A stretch of DNA of 64,000 nucleotides from Octopus bimaculoides (Eukaryota), in NCBI RefSeq assembly GCF_001194135.2, contig NC_068988.1, positions 68,169,327 to 68,233,326 of the forward strand, given 5' to 3'. Both the position numbers and the translations under genes were made by a program. Positions 53,763 through 64,000 of this stretch are shown here, one piece after another. The notes beneath the pieces are model-generated. The model was not told the origin of the DNA, ran no database searches, and worked only from the letters and a program-made list of their open reading frames with translations. Position 1 is the stretch's first letter, and every line of letters begins with the position of its first letter.

Positions 53763-54058
53763 TTGGGAGGTTAAGCAGTTGTGGTCGATGAAATAGGTGG
53801 TAGTAGTGCCAATAATTATCGGAGCCCTGAGAACAGTGAATAAAACTCTTGAGAAGTACATGGAATAAATAGGGCTGCAGTAAGGATGGAGCACTTGGAG
53901 AAAACAGCACTGCTTGGAAACACTCGAATACTCCGGATAGTGCTAAAAAAATGAGGGGTGTTACCTTTGTTCACTGGTAGTGTACAGCTGACACCATAGT
54001 ACCTCTGCAGAGTTAGAAGCTGTGCAGAGACAATAATAATACTAATAATAATAATAAA
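53763..54058 (+). mobile_element. R4/Dong-type non-LTR element 3' end (RLE endonuclease tail, 3' UTR, (TAA)n)
   Basis: WEVKQLWSMK*VVVVPIIIGALRTV...MEHLEKTALLGNTRILRIVL, then a TAA-rich tail. Confidence 0.75.
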
Positions 54059-54064
54059 ATTATA

Positions 54065-54299
54065 CTAATCGTTCGTTCTACTATAGGCACAAAAACTGGG
54101 GGGGGGGGNNNNNNNNNNNNNNNNNNNNNNNNNNNNNNTAGATCGACCCAGTAAACAACTGGTACTTATTTAATCGAACCCGAAAAGATGAAAGCCAAAG
54201 TCGACCTCGGCGGAAGTTGAATTCAGAACGAAACAATGGGCGAAATGCCGCTAAGCAATTCCTCCAGCGCGCTACAGATTCTGCCAGTTCGCAGCCTTA
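54065..54299 (-). mobile_element. SINE family 1 near full-length copy (contains a small gap)
   Basis: actggtacttatttaatcgaacccgaaaagatgaaagccaaagtcgacctcggcggaagttgaattcag...ttctgccagttcgcagcc. Confidence 0.85.
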
Positions 54300-54385
<86 letters not shown>

Positions 54386-54399
54386 AAGAAGAAGAAGAA
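54299..54399. repeat. Compound (TAA)n(GAA)n microsatellite
   Basis: Visible. Confidence 0.95.
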
Positions 54400-54419
54400 A
54401 CATTATGATGAAAAGAATG

Positions 54420-56280
54420 TTTACTTACCTGGGTATCGAACTGATTCAATTATACGTTCAGGCCGATTGTCATACAAATAGGGATACAAATAATAATACA
54501 AAACATCCCTTTATTGTGGAAGTAAAACTTAGTACAACGAATACCCAAAGGGAAGTACTCGATGAAATTACCCCAGATGAGAGAGAAAGTAAGGGTGGAA
54601 ACCCATATGTTGATGATAAGAGTATAGCATCAGAAATTCTATCACAGTTCGTGAATGTCAAAGAGACCGAAGTCGAAGATGACAATGAAGTTCCTAAGAT
54701 TCACAAGTCAAAACAAACTGGTAAAATTTAGGTAGAGTAAGAGAAATTACAAAATCCATCTCCAGTGAATATGAAGTAGATCTCAGTGAATAATGTACTT
54801 TATGTTGCTGCTTCACTACCAGCTGCACTGTCTAGTATTCGAATAAAGAGACAGATCCAACATTTAAAGAGGAAACCAATATGGAAAGAGAGAATTAGAA
54901 ATAAAATTAGCGTACTAGAATTTAATATTGACATACACAAGAACATCAGAAACCAAAATATATTAAGATAGCAAAAGTTAAAAAGCTGGAAAGAAAATAT
55001 AATATAAAAAGAACGGGCGAAATCGATAATGCAATTGAAGACATCAAGCAAATTGTTCAAACCAAAGCAGAATGCGTAAGGAGGCTTGAAAATGATCAAA
55101 CTTTTTCAAGAATAACAATCCAGAAAGTTTTTATAGGAAAACTACAGAAGTTAATATGAATATTAAGACTACACCTACTGAGTTGGAAGTACAACAGTTT
55201 TAGATGTCGTTCTTGCTGCGACCTAAAAAGCACAACCATAATGCTCCCTGGATTCATCGACATGTCAGAAACTTTGAAGATATTATTGAACAAATATGGA
55301 GGATTTCAGGACTGCAGTGAGAAAATCTAGGAAACGGAAATCACATGGGAAAGATAAAAAATCCCTATCTTTTGGTTGAATGCTTTGATTGAATATCATG
55401 GAAGACTGAATCACCTCTACAATAGCAACATGCATGACACCCCACCGCCCATATACTGCTCCTTGATTGATAAACAGAGCAAAATACTGGAATAAGGAAA
55501 CTATTAGCCCCACAGACTATCGACCAAATACGTGTGTTACAGTAATTCATAACATAGTAACATCCATCGTCTCTGAATATACATATATATTTCTGATGCT
55601 TAATATGATATTCCCCAGTAAACAAAAGCATTGCAAACGTGACTCGTATGGTTGTAAAGACCAGCTTTAATCAATAAATTCAAACGGTGCAAAAACTTAC
55701 CAACTGCAAGGATTCCTTATAAAAAGCGCTTGACAGCGTTTAACATAGTTGTATTGAAAAACGCTGGGAAATATATAACGTTCATCCAGTTATTAGTAAT
55801 TTTCTGTCGAATGGTATGAAACATTAAAAGACAATACCTATACTGAATTCAGAGACAGATACTATGAATGCTTGTGACATCAACATGACCTACAGAATTT
55901 TAAAGGTGATTCTCTGTCACCACTAGTATTTTACGTAGCCCTATTCATCTAAATAAGCTGTTGGATGATTCAAAACACGGGTACAAATTATACGATACAC
56001 AGAGCAGTTACCACTTTTACATTGTTGATCTAAACCTTTTCACAAAATGTAATCAACAATTAAAACGTAATTGAAATAAACAGACCGGAGAGGTAGTAGA
56101 TGACAGAAAACAGTGCAAGATAAAATAGTTTTTAATACCACATGATAGTGCAGTGGATATTAAGGAAACTCAGAAAATGCAGAAATTTCAGAACCTAATC
56201 AAATAGACAATGAGATTACAAGCGCAATGATAAAAAATGTTCCTGTGAAAATTAGTGCATTCATCACAACACACGTTAAG
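54420..56280 (+). mobile_element. R4/Dong-type non-LTR retrotransposon, decayed, with large internal deletion between RT and endonuclease
   Basis: NNVLYVAAS, KPIWKERIRNKI, KHNHNAPWI, DYRPNTC, FPSKQKHCKRDSYGCKDQL and GDSLSPLVF, a decayed HLLYxDDLKL-like segment, then IPHDSAVDIKETQKMQKFQNL and VPVKISAF. Confidence 0.8.
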
Positions 56281-57498
56281 GGCTAGAAGGATAATGTCGA
56301 TCGACAGAAAAGTAACACTCTGTGTTTTGTAAAAATCTTTAAAATCATTCTTGACATTTTAATCTCAGGATATGCACATATGTGTCTTAACAGAACCTCT
56401 GGATAATATATCTGATAACTAAATTAGCATGTCATTGATTTTGCATGATAAAACGCTGAAAGATGATTTCTTTTATCTTCCGCCATTGGGACAGATGAGG
56501 TAAAATATAGACAGAAAAATGTGTGGGGGTTTATATGGAAGCAATCCTTGTGTTATTTAGGTATGTCACTTTAAATTTTGAGTACGAATGCCGCCAGGGC
56601 AACTTTGATTGTTGCCTTCCCTAGGTTGTTAAGAAGAATGTATTTATCAATTGCTAGCTTTGATTCGATCTATGATATACTTCTCTTCTCCCAAATTTTA
56701 AACATTTTCTAAGCTTAAGAAATCAATTACATGAGTACAGTTTGAAAAGTGATTTTATTTTCTGTTGTGGTCGAAAGTAATACGGTGAAAATTTGATTGT
56801 TGATTTTTACAAATTATTTCATAATATAAATCTTCTCTCTTTAAATCATTGCTGAACTATTAATGGTGCTGAATGGAATGTCCCAATATCAGATCTTTAA
56901 ACTGAATTTTTGGGAGACCTCAGGGAGCCATTATGGTCTTCAGTATAACTATGTGTTGTTCTTCAAATATATTTCTAATGTATTTCAAGACGGATACGCC
57001 GTGCAAGTCAATACTTTTCCATCATACTTTTCGAATGATACTTGCATATAGAGAAATATGAATATTACATTATCTTAAAACCGGAATTCATATAAATGTT
57101 TCTTAATATAATTTATTATAAGTTCTTGTAACGTATGGCAATATGGGTTCTAACTATCGTGTAGTTTCCTTTTTGAGAGAGGAACGAAAACAATGGCTTC
57201 ATAAAATACCATTGAATCAAATGTTCATACACTTTCCTAAGTGAACTTTACAAAATGGTTACTGTTAACCTAAGAAGAACGGAAGTTAACGTCTTCGACA
57301 TCTTGTAGTCTTTCGTTCTCACTCTCTAAATGTTCATCATGTACATACGCATATATATATNNNNNNNNNNNNNNNNNNNNNNNNNNNNNNNNNNNNNNNN
57401 NNNNNNNNNNNNNNNNNNNNNNNNNNNNNNNNNNNNNNNNNNNNNNNNNNNNNNNNNNNNNNNNTATATATATATATATACATACATACATACATATA

Positions 57499-58004
57499 CA
57501 ATATAAAATATAAGAGAAATTACTCATAACAGGTAACTTCTACATGCTAGAAGACAGTCAAAAACGACGGAAAACCACAAAGTAAAACATTTCAAAGGGA
57601 AGAGAAAATAAAAAATACTGTTACCTTATTTATAACGGTTAGACCTATAGGTTTCCGATTTTTAGTAAGTAAATTGATTTACTAGGGAAATTCTCTTCAG
57701 TAACCAGCCGTCAAGTAATTAACGTATATCTACAAGACAGAAGACAGGAAGCACATGTCTTCTAAGATATACATTCTAATTTTTTCACAATCCACTGCGC
57801 AGACGCAGTTTCAGTCGGCAGAAAATGTAAAAATGCCGAAAGGAACTTTGAAATGCAAATATTAAATACTTGAGTATATATATAAAAGGGTAGCAAAACT
57901 ATACAAAGTTATACTACCAGTGGCCTAGCATGTAACAAAGTCAATAGACAACATATTCAATATAAAATATAAGAGAAATTACCTTTTATATACTCAAGTA
58001 TTTT
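57499..58004. repeat. Segment bounded by a 25-bp direct repeat, with an additional inverted repeat
   Basis: caatataaaatataagagaaattac lies at 57499-57523 and 57958-57982. aaatacttgagtatatatataaaagggta (about 57864) is inverted relative to taccttttatatactcaagtattt (about 57980). Confidence 0.7.
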
Positions 58005-58087
58005 ATATATATACATACACATCTATATAGACGTATATATATGCATATATATGCATATACATACCTACATACACACACACACACACA

Positions 58088-58138
<51 letters not shown>

Positions 58139-59663
58139 TATACACATTCCTCCACACGTGTTTATGAGTACATACAGTTAGTCATTCATACAAACAGTTA
58201 TATATCTTTACTCACATATGACGAAATGCAATGCATAAGTACATGGATTTATATTTATATATACCTGCAATTTAGACATCACACTATTTGGCAGGTTCTC
58301 AAAAATAAACACACAGTACTTATAGTTGACAGTTATATCAGTGTATGGAAACAGGAAAAAAAATAAGCATGTTGACTATAGATTGTCACAATAATTAATC
58401 ACTTTTCCTCATTATATCGTGAAGATGTGTGCTTAAGTCGATTCCATCTTATTCATTCTTCGGAGAATCTGATGATTAAGTTCTCTTCGCTCAATAAAAT
58501 GCATAGGGATTCCTCCGAACATGGATGGCAATTCATAGAAAAAGTATCACACGGGTTTATATTCTTTATTATGGACCAAGTAATTCTATATTTTGCTCTA
58601 TCCTCTTTTTGTCTCCACATTACGTCTGCTTGTTTAGTAGAACGTGGTTGAGGTATCGCGTTTGAAAAAAAACCGCACATGATCCGAAATATACCTTTGC
58701 GCTTCTTCTTGTATTCACTGTACATTTGTATATTATACTACGGCGCATAGACTGGTTTTGTGAAGGAATATGTGTTATGAGCATTCGAATTTTTACCATA
58801 TTCGCTGTTGGCGGCTTTTTCTCGGTGTTTGCTAGTACTATTAATTTCATTGTAATTATTAGAAACTGCTTGACTTGTTTCTTACCTGCTATGAAATTCC
58901 TTAGTAAATAATTCAGCCTTTGTTATTCTCTCACTAACTGTATTACTTATTTTCTGGCTTAATTTCTTAGTAATTATATCTGTATAGTAATTCTAGGTTA
59001 ATGGAACTTGCATATGATACCTTCACTGTGTGCCTGTTAAAGTATTGTGGCATTCATTGAATTTTCGAAAACATTTATCCAATACGGTTATGAATTCCAT
59101 AGCAATCTTAGACGATATCTATAATCCGTAGATAAGATTGTATCAAAGAACATGAGACTTCTTATAATTTTGTTCGGTTTAATGTTATTAATGTGATGTG
59201 CGTTGTGCACTATTTCATGGGTTATACTTCAGCTTCACATGTTGATATTCCTTATTCTCAGTTTATGTTTTATTTTGACCATTTTATTTATTGTTTCTCG
59301 ATACCGTGGTTACAATCGAGTATCTTCATGTGGGGTTTAGTTCCCTTAGTGTCATGACTATTTGAATTAAGTGTATTACTCTCTTAAATATTTCGTTTCT
59401 GTATCTGGTTTGCACGATCCTGTATGTGAATTCGTGTGTTGAAGCAAGTTTTGTTGTGTTTAGGGAGAGTCATATTGTCTTAATACTGTATTAACTTATT
59501 ACGTATCACGCTCACCGGTTCGATTTTCACTTATTTATTATTTATATTTTTCTTCTAAAATTGTCGTTGCTTTTCCAACCTTGTCAATAGATGCTTACTG
59601 TTCGTTTTGTCTGTTCGTGCGTATGTGTGTGCGTTAGCGTACATGCATGCTTGTGTATGCACG

Positions 59664-59695
<32 letters not shown>

Positions 59696-60410
59696 CATGC
59701 ATGTATGTATGTAAGTAAGTACGTACGTATGTATGTATTCTGCACATTCACGTGTTCGTGTGTAACTCTGGTATAGTGCGCTTAACAACATCATTTCCAA
59801 GTATGAGACGAGCAATGTTGTTATGCGTCAGTTCTCCACTTATCGATTATTGGAGTATAACATATTAACACCAGTAGACTTTGTGTTTGAGTTACGAAAT
59901 TTGATGATGTTGGATTATGTCTGACTGCATGACCAACATTGTTTGGCTGTCGTCTATATGAGTGGCAGGAATTAAGTACTCAAAGCATTGAGTGCGGCAT
60001 AGACACAGCAAGGTCTTAGGTGGTGTACGTGTGTTGTGAAGTGTCAGTGGTTTGGAGTTCATTAACAGAACAAAGATTTTATGGAAGCAATAACATAGTT
60101 CATTCTTCATATTGATGGACGCTGAAGGTCATTGGAGTATTGGTAGTCTGTCACAGAGATAGAGTTGCCAACTGGAAACTCCTAGTAAGAAAGAGCTCGG
60201 ACTTTGATATTCAGTTTGATGTTGAAGAAGCTGTTTTGGTGATCTTGAAGTCTACAGATGATGTAAGATATGAAGATAGTCTCCTATCCCTTCACTTTAT
60301 CTATTTACGTATACAATACCTCTGTGTATANNNNNNNNNNNNNNNNNNNNNNNNNNNNNNNNNNNNNNNNNNNNNNNNNNNNNNNNNNNNNNNNNNNNNN
60401 NNNNNNNNTA

Positions 60411-60442
<32 letters not shown>

Positions 60443-61319
60443 AAATACGTGATATTGATATGATTAGCGAATCGAATATATTTCTAATATGCTAGGGGTG
60501 TGAGAAGAGGCCTAGTTTATGTGACGCGTTTATCGTTGGTTATATCAGTGTATGTATTTAAGTCACAATCTTCCCTTCGTAACTATAAATTTGAATAGTA
60601 GTCACTTTTCTTAAAACCCTCAGTCTCAGTCTATAATTTCTTCATATACTTCTTACTTTCTCTTATATCTACAATACTTTCATCATCGAAACGGCTTCCG
60701 TTACCCAAAATAACATTTAACAAGTGATTTTTCTTGTCTATTTTTCATCAGCGTCATTTCAGAATTAGTAAAAACTCATGAGATTAAATTACTATGTGTT
60801 TTCTTATCTGAATGATTAAAGATATTTTTTTCCAATTATGTGTCGAGTGGCATTATTTTTCAAATATCTTCTGCAATCTGATACAGTACTGACACTTCTC
60901 TCTAAAACTGATTCTGTATAAAACGTAGCCTACCACTTATGAATAGGAATATTGAAAGCCCTTCAGCTATACATTTGCTCATATTTCGAAGACAAATCTA
61001 TATTATTAGATAGGGATATTGTATATAAAGTTTTATATATATATATATATATGTGTGTGTGTGGTGGGGGTGTATGTGTGGGTGTGGGTGTGGGTGTGGG
61101 TGTGGGGTGTGGGGTGTTTGTTTAGCAAAATATTGTTAATGTTAAAAAAGAAAAAAATCTTTTTGTATATAAATATATCCAGGAAATAAATATTATATTC
61201 AAGGTATTAGAATGAATTAAGTTACATTTCGCTATTTGTAATATTCGTTTCAAATTTTGGTACAAGACGAGCCCTTTCAGGTAAAGGGTCAAGTTGATGA
61301 CGTCGACACCTCTGTTCAA

Positions 61320-61400
61320 GTGGTCCTTGTTTTATCGACCTTTAAATGATGAAAGGTAAAGTCGATCTCGGCGACATTTCCAATACAGAATGTAAATACT
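61320..61400 (-). mobile_element. SINE family 1 fragment
   Basis: tttatcgacctttaaatgatgaaaggtaaagtcgatctcggcg. Confidence 0.65.
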
Positions 61401-61635
61401 GAAACTAACTGAGCCATGGTCTCTCTATAAAAAAGATTATTTTTGAAATCCAGTCAATAGTGAGATAGTTGCAGCATAGCTTCACGTCTTTCTATCTCAA
61501 CTTTTGAAAATCAGAGAAATATGTGCATCCTGTCTTCAAAATTTTCTAAATATAAATCTAAACGATTCAATTGCATATTTCTTATTTCTTTCGTCCTATA
61601 TTTCTACCCCTGTGGAGCAAAATAACTTTATTTAC

Positions 61636-61975
61636 ATTGGATGGATATTTGTCCTCACCTTGTTAGTTGTTAACACAATGTTTCGGTTGATATACCCTCC
61701 GGCCTTCATCAGGTGTCTTGGGAAAATTTCGAACATGTGTTCTCATCCCTAAGGTATTTTTCAATGTTATTATTGTTATTATTATTATGATTATTATTAT
61801 TATTATTTTCAGGTCACTGCTTGGAATCGAACTCAGAATTTTGGGGTAAGTATCCCGCGCTCTCAACTACTACGCCATATGCCCGTGGTGTTAACAAAAA
61901 ACAAGATAAGGACATTTATCCGTCAAAGGTATATAATGTAAATAATGTACATAATTCCTCATCTCTTAAATATAG
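61636..61975. mobile_element. Miniature PLE insertion: inverted pseudo-LTR (-, 61636-61888) fused to a forward terminal fragment (+, 61889-61975)
   Basis: The minus part carries a tRNA-like head (61812-61884), (AAT)n and a decayed hammerhead (61672-61717). The plus part is tgttaac...gtcaaagg...ataattcctcatctcttaaatatag. Confidence 0.8.
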
Positions 61976-62096
61976 AACTGTAAAATAAATTTGTTATATA
62001 TATATATATATCACATAAAATACTATATTTAAGAGATGAGGAATTATTTACATTATTTACATTTGAAGGATATTTGTCCTCATCTTGTTTGTTGTT

Positions 62097-62142
62097 AACA
62101 CAACGTTTCGGCTGATATACCCTCCAGCCTTCGTCAGGTATC
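62097..62142 (-). ncRNA. Minimal type I hammerhead ribozyme, inverted-arm copy
   Basis: Reverse complement: GATAC-CTGACGA-AGGCTG-loop-CAGCC-GAAA-CGT-T-GTGTT. Confidence 0.75.
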
Positions 62143-62224
62143 TTGGGGAAATTTCGAACCTGGGTTCTCATTCCTAACGATGCTACTATTATTATATTAT
62201 TATTATTATTAATACTATAAATCA

Positions 62225-62292
62225 GGTCGCTGAATCGAACTCGGAACCTTCGGGTTTGTAGCCCGCGCTCTTAACCACTACGCCATATGCCC
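62225..62292 (-). promoter_or_regulatory. tRNA-like Pol III A/B-box module inside the PLE pseudo-LTR
   Basis: Reverse complement: GGGCATATGGCGTAGTGGTTAAGAGCGCGGGCTACAAACCCGAAGGTTCCGAGTTCGATTCAGCGACC. Confidence 0.7.
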
Positions 62293-63392
62293 GTGGGCAA
62301 TTATGGAGTGAATTTTAAGGCTTATAAATCTATTATTTTTGTATCCTTCCTCAATACCGGTTCCCATATGCTATTCATATCTGCACTCGGTCTGCTTAGG
62401 AGGTTGTTGTCTATTATTTTAACTTCATCCCACAGGGGGAGGTGGTTTCCATTTTTCCATACATGATCAGCTATACCCGATTTATTCTCTGGCCCCACCA
62501 GCAAGATGTCCAAATGCTGTTAGATCATGTGAACTCAATAAATCCATCCATACAGTTCACCATGGAAAAGGAACAGAACAATCAACTGGCATTCCTGGAC
62601 GTATTAATAACACGCACCGAGTATGGATTCAAGACATCCGTATATCGCAAGCCAACCTTCACTGGACGATACCTTAACTTCAATTCCCACCATCCATACA
62701 ATGTAAAGAGAGGAATTGCTCAGTGCCTAAAACATCGAGCAAAGAATATAAGTAGCGATCGTGAAACCCACCACGAAGAAATGATCAAGCTCAGTAACAA
62801 TCTATTAAGAAACTACTACCCCAAGAACATACTATCTACTTCAATTATGAAGAAAAGAGAGGATGAAACCAATAAACTGTCTAGTCTGTCTACCCTATGT
62901 GAAAGGCCTCTCCGAAAAGATACAAAAGATATGCGGCCCATATTTCATCAAGGAAATATTCAAGAGCAATACAACACTTCGCAAATATCTCCTTCGGGTA
63001 AAACCACCAAGAAGAAAATATGACCAAAAACTGCGTGTACTCCATCCCATGCAGCTGTGGTAGGTTATGCAAACGCGAAACATGTCGCCCCTCAAAATAA
63101 GGGTAGAAGAACATCTCAAAGCTGTGACACGAGGAGATATTGATAAATCGGGTATAGCTGATTATGTATGGAAAAATGGAAACCACCTCCCCCTGTGGGA
63201 TGAAGTTAAAATAATAGACAGGGAACAACACTGGAAAATATGAAAATTAAAAGAAGCAGCACATATGCTAGGACTCAACAACCTCCTAAGCAGACCGAGT
63301 GCAGACATGAATAGCATATGGGAATCGGTATTGAGGAAGGATAGAAAAATAATAGCTTTATAAGCCTTGCAATTCACTCCATAATTGCCCAC

Positions 63393-63460
63393 GGGCATAT
63401 GGTGTAGTGGTTAAGAGCACGGGTTACAAACCCCAAGGTTCCGAGTTCGATTCAGCGACC
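63393..63460 (+). promoter_or_regulatory. tRNA-like Pol III A/B-box module inside the PLE pseudo-LTR
   Basis: A-box tggtgtagtgg at 63400-63410 and B-box gagttcgattc at 63443-63453, starting 30 bp after the ORF stop. Confidence 0.7.
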
Positions 63461-63551
63461 TGATTTATAGTATGAATAATAATAATAATAATAATATAAT
63501 AATAATAGTAGCATCGTTAGGAATGAGAACCCAGGTTCGAAATTTCCCCAA

Positions 63552-63597
63552 GACACCTGACGAAGGCTGGCGGGTATATCAGCCGAAACGTTGTGTT
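63552..63597 (+). ncRNA. Minimal type I hammerhead ribozyme with palindromic stem III
   Basis: GACAC-CTGACGA-AGGCTG-gcgggtatat-CAGCC-GAAA-CGT-T-GTGTT. Stem I is ACAC/GTGT, stem II is GGCTG/CAGCC, and stem III is the AACGTT palindrome. Confidence 0.8.
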
Positions 63598-64000
63598 AAC
63601 AACAAACAAGATGAGGACAAATATCCGTCAAAGGTAAATAATATAAATAATATATATCACATACATATGATACATATACACAAGGAGGGTCTATATACTG
63701 ATAGACAGACAGACAGATAGATAGAAGTACTTTGACATCTAGAAGATCATTTCAAGTTTGAGTTTAAACAAAATTTTTGTTCAATAGCATTACTTGAAAA
63801 TAATAGTCAATACTGCTCCACGTCTGTATCTAACATTACACATGTTGTGCACACCCGTATTTAAATTTAATGCTGTTTCATATATGTCACTAACTTTTAA
63901 CTTGGATAATATTTCGTGTTTCTATTAAAAACTTGTACGTGGTTTCAAATATATGAAGTTAAGAAATTTCTTTCATACGCTATATGAAAGATGCTTCCCA

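Larger units (their letters stand above)
62023..63650 (+). mobile_element. Penelope/Poseidon-type PLE: inverted 3' arm (62023-62485, -) plus 5'-truncated RT-GIY-YIG (62486-63363, +) plus pseudo-LTR (to about 63650)
   Basis: FTMEKEQNNQLAFLDVLI, VYRKPTFTGRYLNFNSHHP, LPYVKGLSEKI, KNCVYSIPCSCG, RPLKIRVEEHLK and DKSGIADYVW. Bases 62023-62485 are the reverse complement of 63144 onward. Confidence 0.93.

Noticed and set aside
53462-53910. Poly-R, poly-P, poly-V and poly-G ORFs; likewise poly-S at 50.4 kb, poly-N/I at 33.2 kb and poly-N/K at 54.2 kb
   Set aside because: Trinucleotide microsatellites.
59880-60300. Slightly GC-richer stretch that looks like a decayed retroelement
   Set aside because: No convincing motif in any frame that I could read; left unannotated.
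63393-63460. Functional tRNA gene
   Set aside because: The acceptor and T stems do not pair properly and the module is embedded in a repeated PLE terminus, so it is treated as tRNA-derived.

Overview
AT-rich, repeat-dense animal genomic DNA from a gapped short-read assembly, with 12 N-gaps mostly flanked by (TA)n. The SINE families and overall composition are consistent with an Octopus-type cephalopod genome; this is an inference from recalled repeat sequences. I found no intact host protein-coding gene, rRNA, true tRNA gene or CRISPR array. Most long ORFs in the track are microsatellite or N artefacts, or antisense shadows of transposon ORFs. The window is a transposon graveyard. It holds Penelope-like elements (PLEs) of three types: an unusual C-terminal-GIY-YIG element with a long RT finger insertion at 1-2150, Neptune-type copies at 14.6-16.1 kb and 21.7-22.1 kb, and a Penelope/Poseidon-type complex at 61.6-63.7 kb. 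It also holds CR1-, RTE-, R4/Dong- and HERO-type non-LTR remnants, a mariner and a Tc1/maT-like remnant, two fold-back MITE-like elements, many tRNA-derived SINEs, and a probable decayed LRR (TLR-like) pseudogene at 3.3-4.85 kb. About ten hammerhead-ribozyme-like motifs are present. The strongest candidate for an undescribed system is the pseudo-LTR of the 61.6-63.7 kb PLE. In all three copies it couples a tRNA-like Pol III promoter module, an (AAT)n spacer and a minimal hammerhead ribozyme, i.e. a SINE-like ribozyme cassette physically attached to an RT/endonuclease element.
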